From positions 87,831 through 151,830 of the forward strand of contig QHSP01000016.1 in NCBI GenBank assembly GCA_003220495.1: 64,000 nucleotides of DNA, written 5' to 3'. Made by a program: the position numbers and the translations under genes. The notes beneath the pieces were generated by a model, which saw nothing but the letters and a program-made list of their open reading frames with translations, was not told the DNA's origin and ran no database searches. Positions 37,322 to 47,046 of the stretch are shown here, in pieces. Origin of the DNA: Candidatus Rokuibacteriota bacterium (GTDB lineage Bacteria; Methylomirabilota; Methylomirabilia; Rokubacteriales; CSP1-6). How positions within the stretch are numbered: the first letter of the stretch is position 1; the number at the start of each line of letters is the position of its first letter.

Positions 37322-38274
37322 GCGCGCCCCGCCGGCGCCGGCCGGCGGCGGGTCACGAGTCCGACGAGCCCGTCCGGCGCGAAGATCACGATCACGGCGA
37401 GCATCGCGCCGAAGACCAGCCGCCAGTAGGGCACGACGGACATCACCCAGCTCTGCAGATAGATGAACACGAAGGCCCCCACGACCGGACCGAAGAAGCT
37501 GGTGAACCCGCCGAGCAGGGTCATGAACACGATGTTGCCGGAGTGCGTCCAGTAGGCGAGGGTCGGATCGACGTTTCCAGTCGGCGGGCCCAGAAGGACG
37601 CCGCCGACGGCGGCGTAGATCGCGGAGATGACGAAGGCGTAAAAGCGATGGCGCGTGACCCCGATGCCGAGTGTCTCGGCCTTCGTGGGGTTGTCGCGAA
37701 TCGTCTTCAGGCAGAGACCGAACGGCGAGTGGACGATGCGCCACATGCCGAGCGCGGCGAGGCCGAGCACGGCCAGCGAGTAGTAGTAGTAGGGCCCGAC
37801 GAGGTAGTCGATCTTCGGCATGGCATCGAGGCTTCGCCCGAGCAGCGACGGCCGCAGGAAGGGCGTGCCCTCGTCGCCGCCGGTCAGGCGATAGAACTTC
37901 AGGACGAATGTGTAGAAGACCATCCCAAACGCCAGGGTGAGCATGCCAAAGTAGATCTTCACGTAGCGCACGCAGAGCGCCGCGACCGGTATCGCCACCA
38001 GCGCGCCCAGCACCGCGGCCGCGAGCAGGATCACCTCGAGCGAGCGGATCTTGGCGTGCGTCGTCAGGAACGCGCCGGTGTACGCGCCGAGCCCGATGAA
38101 GAGGGCGTGGCCGAACGAGACGAGGCCCGTGTACCCGAACAGGAGGTTGAGCCCGAGCAGCACGACCGCGTAGGCCATGAACGGGAGCATGAGGAGCACG
38201 TGATAGGTCGAGGCGACGAGGGGCGCTGCGGCGATGGCCGCGGCCCCCAGCGCGACCGCCAGGCCGCCCTTCAC
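37318..38274 (-). CDS. livM: Liv-type ABC permease
   Basis: GYTGLVSFGHA, YFGMLTLAF, TGGDEG, SPFG..IRDN. Confidence 0.9.
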   Translation of the reverse strand: MKGGLAVALGAAAIAAAPLVASTYHVLLMLPFMAYAVVLLGLNLLFGYTGLVSFGHALFIGLGAYTGAFLTTHAKIRSLEVILLAAAVLGALVAIPVAALCVRYVKIYFGMLTLAFGMVFYTFVLKFYRLTGGDEGTPFLRPSLLGRSLDAMPKIDYLVGPYYYYSLAVLGLAALGMWRIVHSPFGLCLKTIRDNPTKAETLGIGVTRHRFYAFVISAIYAAVGGVLLGPPTGNVDPTLAYWTHSGNIVFMTLLGGFTSFFGPVVGAFVFIYLQSWVMSVVPYWRLVFGAMLAVIVIFAPDGLVGLVTRRRPAPAGRA

Positions 38275-39155
38275 GCCGTGGCCCCGCCGAAGAGGCCGCG
38301 CGGCCGCGCCACCAGCACCGCGATCACGATGAGGTAGATCAGCAGCATCTCGAGCTCCGGATACACGGAGATCGCGATCGAGCGGAGGACGCCGACGACG
38401 AGCGCGCCGACGAAGGCCCCCCGCATCGAGCCCAACCCGCCGATCACGACGACCGCGAAGGCCTCGACGATCAGCTCGATGCCCATCTCGCTCATCGCCG
38501 CCGTCGCGGGAATCACGAGGGCTCCGCCGAGAGTGCCGAGCGCCGTGCCGAGCGTGAAGACCTTCGCGTACACCCGGCGCATGTCCACGCCGAGCGCCTC
38601 GGCCATCTCGCGATTGTCGGCGGTCGCGCGGATGATGCGGCCGAACGCGGTGCGGGTCAGCAGCCAGCCGATCGCCAGCGCGATGGCGAGGCTCGCCGCG
38701 ATGACGATCAGGTTGTAGACCGGCACGGTCGCGCCGAAGAGGCGGACCTGCCCGTAGACGAGATAGAGGCCGGCGGTCGAGCGGGGCGCCGTGCCCCAGG
38801 TCAGGCGGATCGCGTCCTCCATCATGAGGACGATCGCGAACGTCATGAGGAGCTGGAACGTCTCATCGCGGTCGTAGACGAAGCGGAGGAGCCCTCGCTC
38901 GACCACGACCCCCACCGCGCCCACCGCGAGGCCCGCCAGGGCCAGCGGCACGATGAACAGCGCGGGTGGGCCGCCGGCGTCCACGTACCAGCCCACGGCC
39001 GAGACGCCGACGTAGGCGCCGAGCGCGTAGAACGAGCCGCACGCGAGGTTGAAGATCTTCTGCACGCCGAAGACAACTTGTAAACCGGCGGCGACGAGGA
39101 ACAGGACCGACGCGTGAAAGAGCCCGCTCAGAAGGACGTTGACGGCGTGCGCGAT
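38271..39155 (-). CDS. livH: Liv-type ABC permease; N-terminus extends to ATC at 39155
   Basis: Upstream in-frame IAHAVNVLLSGLFHASVLFLVAAGLQVVFG is the conserved LivH first TM; VVIGGLGS, RPRGLFG. Confidence 0.88.
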   Translation of the reverse strand: MAHAVNVLLSGLFHASVLFLVAAGLQVVFGVQKIFNLACGSFYALGAYVGVSAVGWYVDAGGPPALFIVPLALAGLAVGAVGVVVERGLLRFVYDRDETFQLLMTFAIVLMMEDAIRLTWGTAPRSTAGLYLVYGQVRLFGATVPVYNLIVIAASLAIALAIGWLLTRTAFGRIIRATADNREMAEALGVDMRRVYAKVFTLGTALGTLGGALVIPATAAMSEMGIELIVEAFAVVVIGGLGSMRGAFVGALVVGVLRSIAISVYPELEMLLIYLIVIAVLVARPRGLFGGATA

Positions 39156-39158
39156 CGG

Positions 39159-40439
39159 CTAGACCTTCCAGCCGTTGATCCACTCGAAGAGCTTCGAGCC
39201 GGCCGGCTTCATCGCCTGCTTGGTGGACACGACCTCGATGGGGCTGATCGTCACGAAGTCGTACCCGTTCTTGTGCGTCGTGATCCCCTGATAGAAATTG
39301 CACATCTGGACGTGATCCTCTCGCCAGCTGCGCTTGCCGGAGAGCGATTCGATCTCGAGACCCTCGAGCGCCCGGACCACCTGCGCCTTGTCCGGCCATT
39401 TCTTCGCCGGCCCCGCGGCCTTCTCGACCGCCACCTTGTAGGACTCGGCGTTGAAGAAGGCGTGGTCGCACTCGTAGGGCGGATACTCGTTGTACTTTGC
39501 CTTGTACTCGCGGACGAACTGCTTGAGGAGCGCGCTGGCCTTGGGGTCGTCGAAGTACATCGTGTTGTAGCCGAGCAGCAACCCTTCGGGCGTGAACTCT
39601 TTCTTCAGGGAGTCGTGGACGCCGCCCCCGGTCGTGAAGACGCCCTTCATCGTCTTGAACAGGCCGACCGCGGCGGCCTGCTTCATGATGATCGTCGCGT
39701 CGCCCGACCAGAACGAGCACATCAAGAGGTCCGCCTTCGACTGCTGGATCGCCGCGATGTGCGAGGTGAAGTCGGTGACGCCGAGCTTGGGAAAGAGCTC
39801 GAGCACGAACTTCACGTCCGGGACGTAGCGTCGGAGCACGGCCTGGTAGGACTCCCAGCAGTCGTGGCCGTAGGAGTAGTCGTTGCCGATGCCGGCGACG
39901 GTCTTGATGCTCTTGAAGTACTTCGGCGTCAGGATGCCGGCGACGATCGCCTCGACCTCGTTGTCGACGCTCTTGAACGCCCACTTCGGATTCGGCATCG
40001 TCTCTTCGATGCCCTTCTGGGTCGTGCCGTCCCAGGAAAGCCACGGCGTGCCGAGATCCTCCGCCACCGGGCCGAGCGCGAGCGTCACGCCGGTCGAGAT
40101 ACCGCCCAGGACGACCTCGACCTTGTCTTGAAGAACCAGCTTGCGATAGCGCTCGACCGTGTCCTTCGGATTTGACTCCTCCTCGACGATGAGCTGCACC
40201 GGCCGCCCGAGGATCCCGCCGGCGTTGTTCACGCGCTCTGCCCACCATTCGGTGGCGCGCAGCCCGGCAGCGCCGACCGGCGCCGCGACGCCGGCGCGGA
40301 TGGTGAGGACCCCGATCTTCACGGGGCCGGTCGCCTGAGCGGAGGCGGACGGCCCGTCGAGCCGGGTCGCCGCGGCCGCGCCGGCCCCGGCGCCCAGGAG
40401 CTTGAGGAATTGCCGTCGCGAGGCTTGGGTGGGCGTCAT
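39159..40439 (-). CDS. Liv-type ABC substrate-binding protein (Tat signal)
   Basis: SRRQFLK; NNAGGILGRPV, NDYSYG. Confidence 0.92.
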   Translation of the reverse strand: MTPTQASRRQFLKLLGAGAGAAAATRLDGPSASAQATGPVKIGVLTIRAGVAAPVGAAGLRATEWWAERVNNAGGILGRPVQLIVEEESNPKDTVERYRKLVLQDKVEVVLGGISTGVTLALGPVAEDLGTPWLSWDGTTQKGIEETMPNPKWAFKSVDNEVEAIVAGILTPKYFKSIKTVAGIGNDYSYGHDCWESYQAVLRRYVPDVKFVLELFPKLGVTDFTSHIAAIQQSKADLLMCSFWSGDATIIMKQAAAVGLFKTMKGVFTTGGGVHDSLKKEFTPEGLLLGYNTMYFDDPKASALLKQFVREYKAKYNEYPPYECDHAFFNAESYKVAVEKAAGPAKKWPDKAQVVRALEGLEIESLSGKRSWREDHVQMCNFYQGITTHKNGYDFVTISPIEVVSTKQAMKPAGSKLFEWINGWKV

Positions 40440-40486
40440 GGTCGGGTTCCTCGTGTCATGGCCGCGTCGAGGGTGGCCAGGCCCGT

Positions 40487-41524
40487 CTAGGTCAGCCCCA
40501 GCCGCGTGCGGGCGAGCCGCGTGCCGGCGACGAGGCGCTTGAGCTTCTCGAAGGCGACCCAGCGCGGCACCGGAAAGAACCCGCAGTCGGGCACGGCCGA
40601 CAGCCGCTCGACCGGGATGAACTTGGCGCAGAGCTCGAGACGCGCGGCGACGTCCTCCGGGCTCTCCATGTAGAACGACTTCACGTCCACGACTCCACAC
40701 GCCACGTCGCGGTCGACGCCGATCTCCTTCCAGTGCTCGATCTCGGCCATCTCGCGATTCGCGTACTCGAAGACGAACTGGTGGCACCGGGTGTCGAGCA
40801 GCGCCGGAAACATCCAGCGATAGGAGCGCTTGCCGCGCGGGCGCGACAGAAGGTTGCCGAAGCAGACGTGGTAGGCGATCCGCGCGCGCACGCCCTCGAC
40901 GCAGGCGTTGAACATCTTCACGTACTCGTCGATCTGCCCGGGCACGATCGCCGCCGACGGCTCGTCGATCTGGATGTAGTCCGCGCCCACCTCGACGAGG
41001 GCGCGCAGCTCGGCGTTGATGGCCGGGACGAAGTCCCAGCAGAGGGCGAGGCGATCGTTGCCGTAGGCGTCGCCGGGCCGGAGCTGGACGTGGATCGAGA
41101 GCGTGACCGGCCCGGGGCAGGTGGCCTTCACGGGCTTCTCGGTCTGGGATTTCAGGTACTGAAACTCCTCGACCACGCCGAGCCCGCGCGGCACCGTGAC
41201 GCGCTGCCGTGGCCTGTATCGCGGCGTCGAGTCGTAGGCGTAGAGCCCGGTCTTGCGCAGCGGCTCGACCGGCTCGAGGCCGTCCATCTTCGAGTAGAAC
41301 GTCTGCACGAAGAAGTAGCGGCGCATCTCGCCGTCGCAGACGATATCGAGGCCGGCGCGCTCCTGGTCGCGGATCGCGAGCTGGGTCGCGTCGTCGAACG
41401 TCTCCTTCTGGTCCGTCTGGCCGTAGTCGCCCGCCTTGATCCGGTCGAGCGCGGTCCAGAACCAGCCCGGGAAGCCGTGGCTCCCCATCACGTGCGTCGG
41501 AATCCGGGGCAGGGCGGCGGTCAC
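40487..41524 (-). CDS. Cobalamin-independent methionine synthase II family (core-only MetE-like)
   Basis: THVMGS, DGEMRR, IQIDEP, HVCFGN, FE, VPDCG; TTGCCA-17-TAAACA-7-GTG. Confidence 0.9.
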   Translation of the reverse strand: MTAALPRIPTHVMGSHGFPGWFWTALDRIKAGDYGQTDQKETFDDATQLAIRDQERAGLDIVCDGEMRRYFFVQTFYSKMDGLEPVEPLRKTGLYAYDSTPRYRPRQRVTVPRGLGVVEEFQYLKSQTEKPVKATCPGPVTLSIHVQLRPGDAYGNDRLALCWDFVPAINAELRALVEVGADYIQIDEPSAAIVPGQIDEYVKMFNACVEGVRARIAYHVCFGNLLSRPRGKRSYRWMFPALLDTRCHQFVFEYANREMAEIEHWKEIGVDRDVACGVVDVKSFYMESPEDVAARLELCAKFIPVERLSAVPDCGFFPVPRWVAFEKLKRLVAGTRLARTRLGLT

Positions 41525-41708
41525 GCGCTGTTGTTTATCAGAGGGCCCGGCGCTTGGCAATGGCGGCGGCGGCGTGCGGGGTCCCGGAGCGCGCCTGGAC
41601 TCAAGTCCGGGAGTCCTCCCCCCTTCCGACGGCATCGGTGAACCGAGACCGCCGGAATTTGTTGAAGAAATCCGCCGCGGCCGACACGATATGATAAGAC
41701 TATCCGCC

Positions 41709-43946
41709 ATGCAGGTGCGCTTTTGGGGAACGCGTGGATCGATCGCTGCGCCCGGGCCGAGCACCGCGCGCTTTGGAGGTAACACCTCCTGCGTCGAGGT
41801 GCGAGCTTCCGACGGGACCGTGATCATCCTCGACTGCGGCACCGGCGCCCGCGAGCTCGGGCTCCACCTGGCGCAGACGATGCCCCAACCGATTCGGCTG
41901 CACCTCTTCATCGGCCACACCCACTGGGATCACATCCAGGGCTTTCCGTTCTTCGTCCCCGCGTTTCTGCCCGGCTCCGAGCTGAACATCTACGCGCCGC
42001 TCGGCTTCCAGCGGGGTCTCGAAGAGGCGATGGCCGGTCAGATGGAGTACTCGTACTTCCCGGTCAAGATGCGCGACCTCCGCTCGCGGATCCACTTCAC
42101 GGAGCTGGACGAAGGGTTCTTCCGCGTCGGCGGCGTGCTCGTCGAGACGCAATTCCTCAATCACACCGCGCCCACCATCGCGTACCGCATGACCAGCGAC
42201 GGCGCGACGATCGCCTACGCGACGGATCACGAGCCCTTCTGGAACGCCTCGGGCCGGGTCTCCCAGCATCCGGGCGACGAGCGCCACATCGCCTTCCTCA
42301 AGGGCGCGAATCTGGTGATCCACGACGCCCAGTACACCGACGCGGAGTACCGCGACAAGGTCGGCTGGGGCCACAGCAGCATCGACTACGCGGTCGACGT
42401 CGCCCTGGCCGCGGGGGTCGAGCGCCTCGTGCTCTTCCACCACGACCCGGCGCACGACGACGCGATGATGGAGCGGATGGAAGCGATGGCGCGGGCCCAC
42501 GTCGGCCAGCGAGGCCAGGCGCTGGACGTGCTCGCGGCTCGCGAAGGCCTCGAGCTGGAGGTGCGGGGCAGCAGCGCCGCACCGGACATGGCCGAGGCCT
42601 CGGCCCTCCAGCATCGCCAGATCGTCGGCGGCCGTGTGCTCCTGGTCAGCGCCAACGAGCCGGAGGTGGCCGAGATCGAAGAAGTCCTCAACGGCGACGG
42701 TCTGATCTTCCTGCGCGAGTCGGACGTCCGCGCGGCGCTCTCGCGAGGTCCCGAGCTCACGCCCGATATCGCGATCATCGACCGCGAGCTGCTGGACGGC
42801 GACTCGGTCCTCGACGTGTTGCGGGACCGCCTGGGCCGGCGCAATTTCCCGATCGTCGTCCTCGCCGACAGCTCCATTCCCTCCGATGCCGTGTACCGCG
42901 GCGAAGCCTCGTGGACCGACTATCTGCCCAAGCCCTTCAGCCCGCCCATGCTGCGCACCCGCGTGCGGGCGTGGCTCGCTCGGACCTTGCTCGTCTTCGA
43001 TCCGGTCGAGCGTGTGGCGCTGCGCGGCGAGCGCGTGACGGGCCCGGACGACAGCCGGGCTCGCTGCGCGAGCCTCCTCGCCACCGTGCCGCTGTTCCGC
43101 CCGCTGACCGCCGAGCAGCGCGATCTCCTGCTCGACAGCGCGACCGAGCAGAGCTTCACGGCCGGCCACGTGCTGATCCGTGAGAGCGATCCGCCCGACC
43201 GTCTCTTCGTCATTCTCTCCGGCCGCGTGCGCGTGCTGGAGGTCGCGTCCGACTCTCCGGTGGAGCTCATCGTGGGCGAGCTCGGCGTGGGCGAGATCCT
43301 CGGCGAGCTGAGCGTGCTGCGAAACCAGCCGCGGTCGGCGACGGTCGTCGCGATCGAGCGGACGCACTGCCTGGTCATCCCCCAAACCGAGTTCCTGAAG
43401 GTGCTGCAGAGCTCAGCGGAGCTGTCGGTCTCCCTGCTGCGGATGCTCGCCGGCCGCCTCTACGAGACCGACCGCCGTCTGTCTCGGTTCGCGCCAGATC
43501 CCGTCACGGGCCTGGCGGGCCGCCGGGCCTTCCACGAGCAATATCGTCGGCTCGCCGCCGTCGCGCGCCGGCGCAAGACGGGCGCGCTCCTGCTCGTCGT
43601 CGACGTCCTGAAGCTCAGGTCGATCAACGACCGCTTCGGCTATGGCGTGGGCGACGACGTGCTGAGGACCGTGGCCGACGCGCTCGTCGAGGCCACGCGG
43701 ACCACGGATCTGATCGTTCGCCACGGCGGCGACGAGTTCGTCGTGTTCTTCCCGGACGCGGGGGTGGGTGACATCGACACCGTCATCGCGAGGGTCAACG
43801 AGACGATCAAGGGCCTCTCGGGTAAGCGCGGCATCCCCGTCCCGATCACCTGCAACTTCGGCATCGCCTACGCGCTGGCGCCCCCGGAGAGCGCGGACGA
43901 TCTCCTGCGCGAGGCCGATCAGGATATGCTGCGCCGCAAGCGGTAA
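41709..43946 (+). CDS. Multidomain signalling protein: MBL-fold hydrolase + receiver + cNMP-binding + GGDEF
   Basis: FWGTRGS/GGNTSC/HTHWDH/FHHDP; IAIID...DYLPKPF; GEILGELS...PRSATV; RTTD-LIVRH-GGDEF. Confidence 0.9.
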   Translation: MQVRFWGTRGSIAAPGPSTARFGGNTSCVEVRASDGTVIILDCGTGARELGLHLAQTMPQPIRLHLFIGHTHWDHIQGFPFFVPAFLPGSELNIYAPLGFQRGLEEAMAGQMEYSYFPVKMRDLRSRIHFTELDEGFFRVGGVLVETQFLNHTAPTIAYRMTSDGATIAYATDHEPFWNASGRVSQHPGDERHIAFLKGANLVIHDAQYTDAEYRDKVGWGHSSIDYAVDVALAAGVERLVLFHHDPAHDDAMMERMEAMARAHVGQRGQALDVLAAREGLELEVRGSSAAPDMAEASALQHRQIVGGRVLLVSANEPEVAEIEEVLNGDGLIFLRESDVRAALSRGPELTPDIAIIDRELLDGDSVLDVLRDRLGRRNFPIVVLADSSIPSDAVYRGEASWTDYLPKPFSPPMLRTRVRAWLARTLLVFDPVERVALRGERVTGPDDSRARCASLLATVPLFRPLTAEQRDLLLDSATEQSFTAGHVLIRESDPPDRLFVILSGRVRVLEVASDSPVELIVGELGVGEILGELSVLRNQPRSATVVAIERTHCLVIPQTEFLKVLQSSAELSVSLLRMLAGRLYETDRRLSRFAPDPVTGLAGRRAFHEQYRRLAAVARRRKTGALLLVVDVLKLRSINDRFGYGVGDDVLRTVADALVEATRTTDLIVRHGGDEFVVFFPDAGVGDIDTVIARVNETIKGLSGKRGIPVPITCNFGIAYALAPPESADDLLREADQDMLRRKR

Positions 43947-43948
43947 GG

Positions 43949-44704
43949 CTACCGCTTCTTCCGGCTCGCGAACTCGCGGATTCTCTCCCGCGCCGCCGGG
44001 CTCGTCCTCAGCGCGGCAGCGTAGCCCTCGGCCTCCCGACCCGATCCGCCCGCGCGGATCGCCGCGACGATGTTCTTCGTGGCCTCGAGTCCGCCGCGGG
44101 GCGAGCGGGCGATCTCCACGGCGAGCGTCGCGACGCTCGCGTCGAGGGTGGGCGGAGCGACCACCCGGTTGACGAGACCGATGCGGAGCGCCTCCGTCGC
44201 GTGAATAGTCCGGCCGGTGAGGAGCAGATCGCGGGCGTGGCCGCCGGCGACGACGTCCAGCAAGCGCGCGATCCCGTAGGCCGGCGGAAAGCCGAGCGTG
44301 ACCTCCGGGAGCCCGAAGCGCGCTCGGTCGGACGCGACGCGCAGATCCTGGGCGATCGCGAGCATCAGCCCGCCGCCCAAGGCGAAGCCGTCCACCGCGG
44401 CGATCGTCACCTGCGGCAAGGTCGTGAAGCGGCTCATGATCGCCGCGTGGCGGCGGGCGAGGGTCTCGGCCTCGTCGGGCGTGACCGTCTCCATCTCTTT
44501 GATGTCGTTGCCGGCGCAGAAGGCGCGGCCGCGCCCGGCCACCACGAGCACGCGGACATCGTCCATCGCGGCCACGCGCTCGAGCGCATCCTCGAGCGCG
44601 ATCGTCAGTCGGCGATTGAGCGCGTTGAGGGCATCCGGGCGATTGAGCCGAAGCCAGGCGACGCCGTCTTGCGCGTCAAGCTCGACGATCGGGACTTCCG
44701 CCAT
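43949..44704 (-). CDS. Enoyl-CoA hydratase/isomerase
   Basis: LNRPDALNAL, AFCAGND, ALGGG, PEVTLG. Confidence 0.9.
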   Translation of the reverse strand: MAEVPIVELDAQDGVAWLRLNRPDALNALNRRLTIALEDALERVAAMDDVRVLVVAGRGRAFCAGNDIKEMETVTPDEAETLARRHAAIMSRFTTLPQVTIAAVDGFALGGGLMLAIAQDLRVASDRARFGLPEVTLGFPPAYGIARLLDVVAGGHARDLLLTGRTIHATEALRIGLVNRVVAPPTLDASVATLAVEIARSPRGGLEATKNIVAAIRAGGSGREAEGYAAALRTSPAARERIREFASRKKR

Positions 44705-45647
44705 CCGTCCGGGTCCGGCCGAGAGCGGTGAGGGTCAGACACGCCGCCACGCCGAGCGCGATGCCCGCCGCCGCGGTGGCGGGCATGGGCCAGAAGTCCG
44801 TCCTGAAGAACGGAAGGACGAAGAACGGCGAGCGGCCGGCGCGCGGAGCCACGCGACCGTCGAGGAGGCCCTCGACGAGGTCCATCGTCTCGGCCATCAG
44901 GACCTCGGAGACCGCCTTGGCGAACGCCGGGTCGGCCAGCGCCGGGTGGCCGACGTAGCCCTGACCGCCGTTGCGGAGCGGAAAATTCGGCACGGCGCGC
45001 TCGGGGAGGGAATAGCGCGCCGGCGGAAGCGAGCGATAGGACGGATCGACCAGATCGGGCCGGATCATCAGCATGAGCGACGTCTCCCACCAGCCTCCAT
45101 GCGCGTCCTCGGAGAACGCCCGACGCTCGTCATCCGAGAGCGGGCGTCCGAGCGCGGTCGCGATCTTGTCGACGTAGCGGCCGCGCAGGAACTGCCAGGC
45201 GAGATGACCCGAGACCGAAGCCATCATCACGCGGTGTCGGCGCGAGACGATCGCGGAGGCTTCTTCGAGCGCCGTGAGGTGCCCCGGCCCGCCGTGACCG
45301 TTGGCGACGAGGATGTAGCGGAAGCCGGCCCGCGCCAGCGAGCGGCCGTAGTCGACCACCGCGTCGCGCACGACGCGCTGACGGACGCTCACGGTGCCGA
45401 CGGCGTCGAACGTGAACGAGCCGAGCGGGAGCGTCGGGGCCAGCAGGGCGGTCCAGCCGGGCCGCGCGGCGGTGAGGCGCTCGGCGAGGGCCTCGGCGAA
45501 GTGGCGCGCGGCGATCGCGTCGACGCCGACCGGCAAGTGCGGCCCGTGCTCCTCGAGGGGGCTCACCGTCAGGACGACGACGGTGCGCGCGCGGTCGAGC
45601 GCGACGAGCGCCGGGGTCGACATTTCCTCGAACCGGCGCACGCTCAA
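44676..45647 (-). CDS. Creatininase/MftE-family amidohydrolase with hydrophobic C-terminal tail
   Basis: LEEHGPHLPVGVD, NGHGG, HGGWWETS; TTGA start/stop overlap. Confidence 0.85.
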   Translation of the reverse strand: MSVRRFEEMSTPALVALDRARTVVVLTVSPLEEHGPHLPVGVDAIAARHFAEALAERLTAARPGWTALLAPTLPLGSFTFDAVGTVSVRQRVVRDAVVDYGRSLARAGFRYILVANGHGGPGHLTALEEASAIVSRRHRVMMASVSGHLAWQFLRGRYVDKIATALGRPLSDDERRAFSEDAHGGWWETSLMLMIRPDLVDPSYRSLPPARYSLPERAVPNFPLRNGGQGYVGHPALADPAFAKAVSEVLMAETMDLVEGLLDGRVAPRAGRSPFFVLPFFRTDFWPMPATAAAGIALGVAACLTLTALGRTRTDGGSPDRRA

Positions 45648-47011
45648 AACGAGCTCCCTTTCGTCGCGGTCAGGTAGTCGTTCTTGGCCCGCTCGAGCTC
45701 GGCGATCAGCGCCTGGCGCTCGGTCGTCAGGCGGCGGACCGCATACTCGCGGGTCAGCGCGAGCGCGCCGAAGCGCAGCCGGCTCCGGAGCCGTCCAGCG
45801 CCGACCCAGTAGCGGTACGCGAGCACGCCAGCGAGCGGCAACGAGAGCGCGAAGACCAGCGCGGCGGCGGGGCCGGCGAGCCGCGCGACGATCCAGGTCT
45901 CGAGCGCCCAGAAGAGCGGAGTCGCGAGCATCGCGGTGAGGAACCGCCACGTCGCGTAGTCGGTCTCCTTGTGCGACATGCGTCGCGCCACCCAGCGCGG
46001 GATCCAGTAGGGCAGGAAGTTCACCGTCGCGCCGTACAGGAACAACGGAAACCCGACGATCGCCTCCCAGCCGCGGCGGATACGCTGGCGCGGTCGCCGC
46101 CGCTCGAGCCGCGCGCGTACGGCCTCGTCCTTCACGCGGTACTCGGCCAGCAGCGCCCGGTAGCTCTGGATGCTTTGCCAGATCCGCTCGACCCGCTCGG
46201 GATCGTGCCGCTTGAAGTAATTGGTCGAGTCCACGATCGCCCGCGACAGACGGACCAGGTCGATCTGCCGCTCCGCGAGCCCGCGCTCCTCGCGGAGCTC
46301 ACGCACCAGCTGGTCGCGGTAGAGCTCCTGGACGGCGGTCACGAGCCGACTCTCGTCGATGCGCTCGACGTGCACCACCTCGGCTTCGATGCCCCACTGG
46401 ATCGCGTCGGTGAGGGCCTCGACCGTCTTGACCGGATCTCTCCGATACGCCTCCAGATAGGGCGTGACCGGGATCAGCGGGCCGAAGGAAACGAGGACGC
46501 GGCCGCGGAAGGATTTCCGCGCGTCGAAGTTGAGCCCGACCGGGACCACCCGGAGGGCTCCCGGCCGCTCGGCCTCGTAGCCGAGCGCCAGCCGCGCGGC
46601 GCCGGTCTTGATGCGCTGCACGCGCACCTCGGCGTGCGTCGTGCCCTCGGGGTAGATCGCGACGAGCCGGCCTTCGCCGAAGGCCTTGAAGCACGCCTCG
46701 AACGTGCCGGCGTTGCGCTCCATTTTGTCGGGATCATCTTGTTTCCTGTAGACGGGGATCGCGCCGCACGCGCGAAGGAAGCGCGCGACGACGCGATTCC
46801 TGAACAGGGCGGCGGTCGCGAGGTAGTGGACCTTTCGCGGAATCGCGCCGCCGACCAGCAGCGAGTCGATGAAGTTGTTGGGATGGTTGATGCAGAGGAG
46901 CACCGGCCCGCCGGCCGGCACGCGCTCCGGATGTCGGATGTCGACCGATCGGAAGAAGAACCAGAGCCAGAAGCGCCCGACGGCGCGCACGGCGCGATAG
47001 AAGCCGTCCAT
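45644..47011 (-). CDS. Glycerolipid acyltransferase (PlsC-like) with C-terminal TM helices
   Basis: NHPNNFID (HX4D), IPVYR, YPEGT. Confidence 0.88.
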   Translation of the reverse strand: MDGFYRAVRAVGRFWLWFFFRSVDIRHPERVPAGGPVLLCINHPNNFIDSLLVGGAIPRKVHYLATAALFRNRVVARFLRACGAIPVYRKQDDPDKMERNAGTFEACFKAFGEGRLVAIYPEGTTHAEVRVQRIKTGAARLALGYEAERPGALRVVPVGLNFDARKSFRGRVLVSFGPLIPVTPYLEAYRRDPVKTVEALTDAIQWGIEAEVVHVERIDESRLVTAVQELYRDQLVRELREERGLAERQIDLVRLSRAIVDSTNYFKRHDPERVERIWQSIQSYRALLAEYRVKDEAVRARLERRRPRQRIRRGWEAIVGFPLFLYGATVNFLPYWIPRWVARRMSHKETDYATWRFLTAMLATPLFWALETWIVARLAGPAAALVFALSLPLAGVLAYRYWVGAGRLRSRLRFGALALTREYAVRRLTTERQALIAELERAKNDYLTATKGSSF

Positions 47012-47046
47012 CGTGTCGCGCCGCGCGCCGGTGTCGACGCTCGCGC

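Noticed and set aside
39159..39161. Pyrrolysine read-through at the in-frame TAG
   Set aside because: No pyl genes in view and the SBP ends at a normal length; a non-canonical start is simpler.
41525..41708. SAM or cobalamin riboswitch upstream of the MetE-like gene
   Set aside because: No recognisable aptamer motifs, and a TTGCCA-17-TAAACA promoter 7 nt before the GTG leaves no leader.
44676..45647. Mycofactocin or other RiPP cluster
   Set aside because: No precursor peptide, radical SAM or MftB-like gene in the window.
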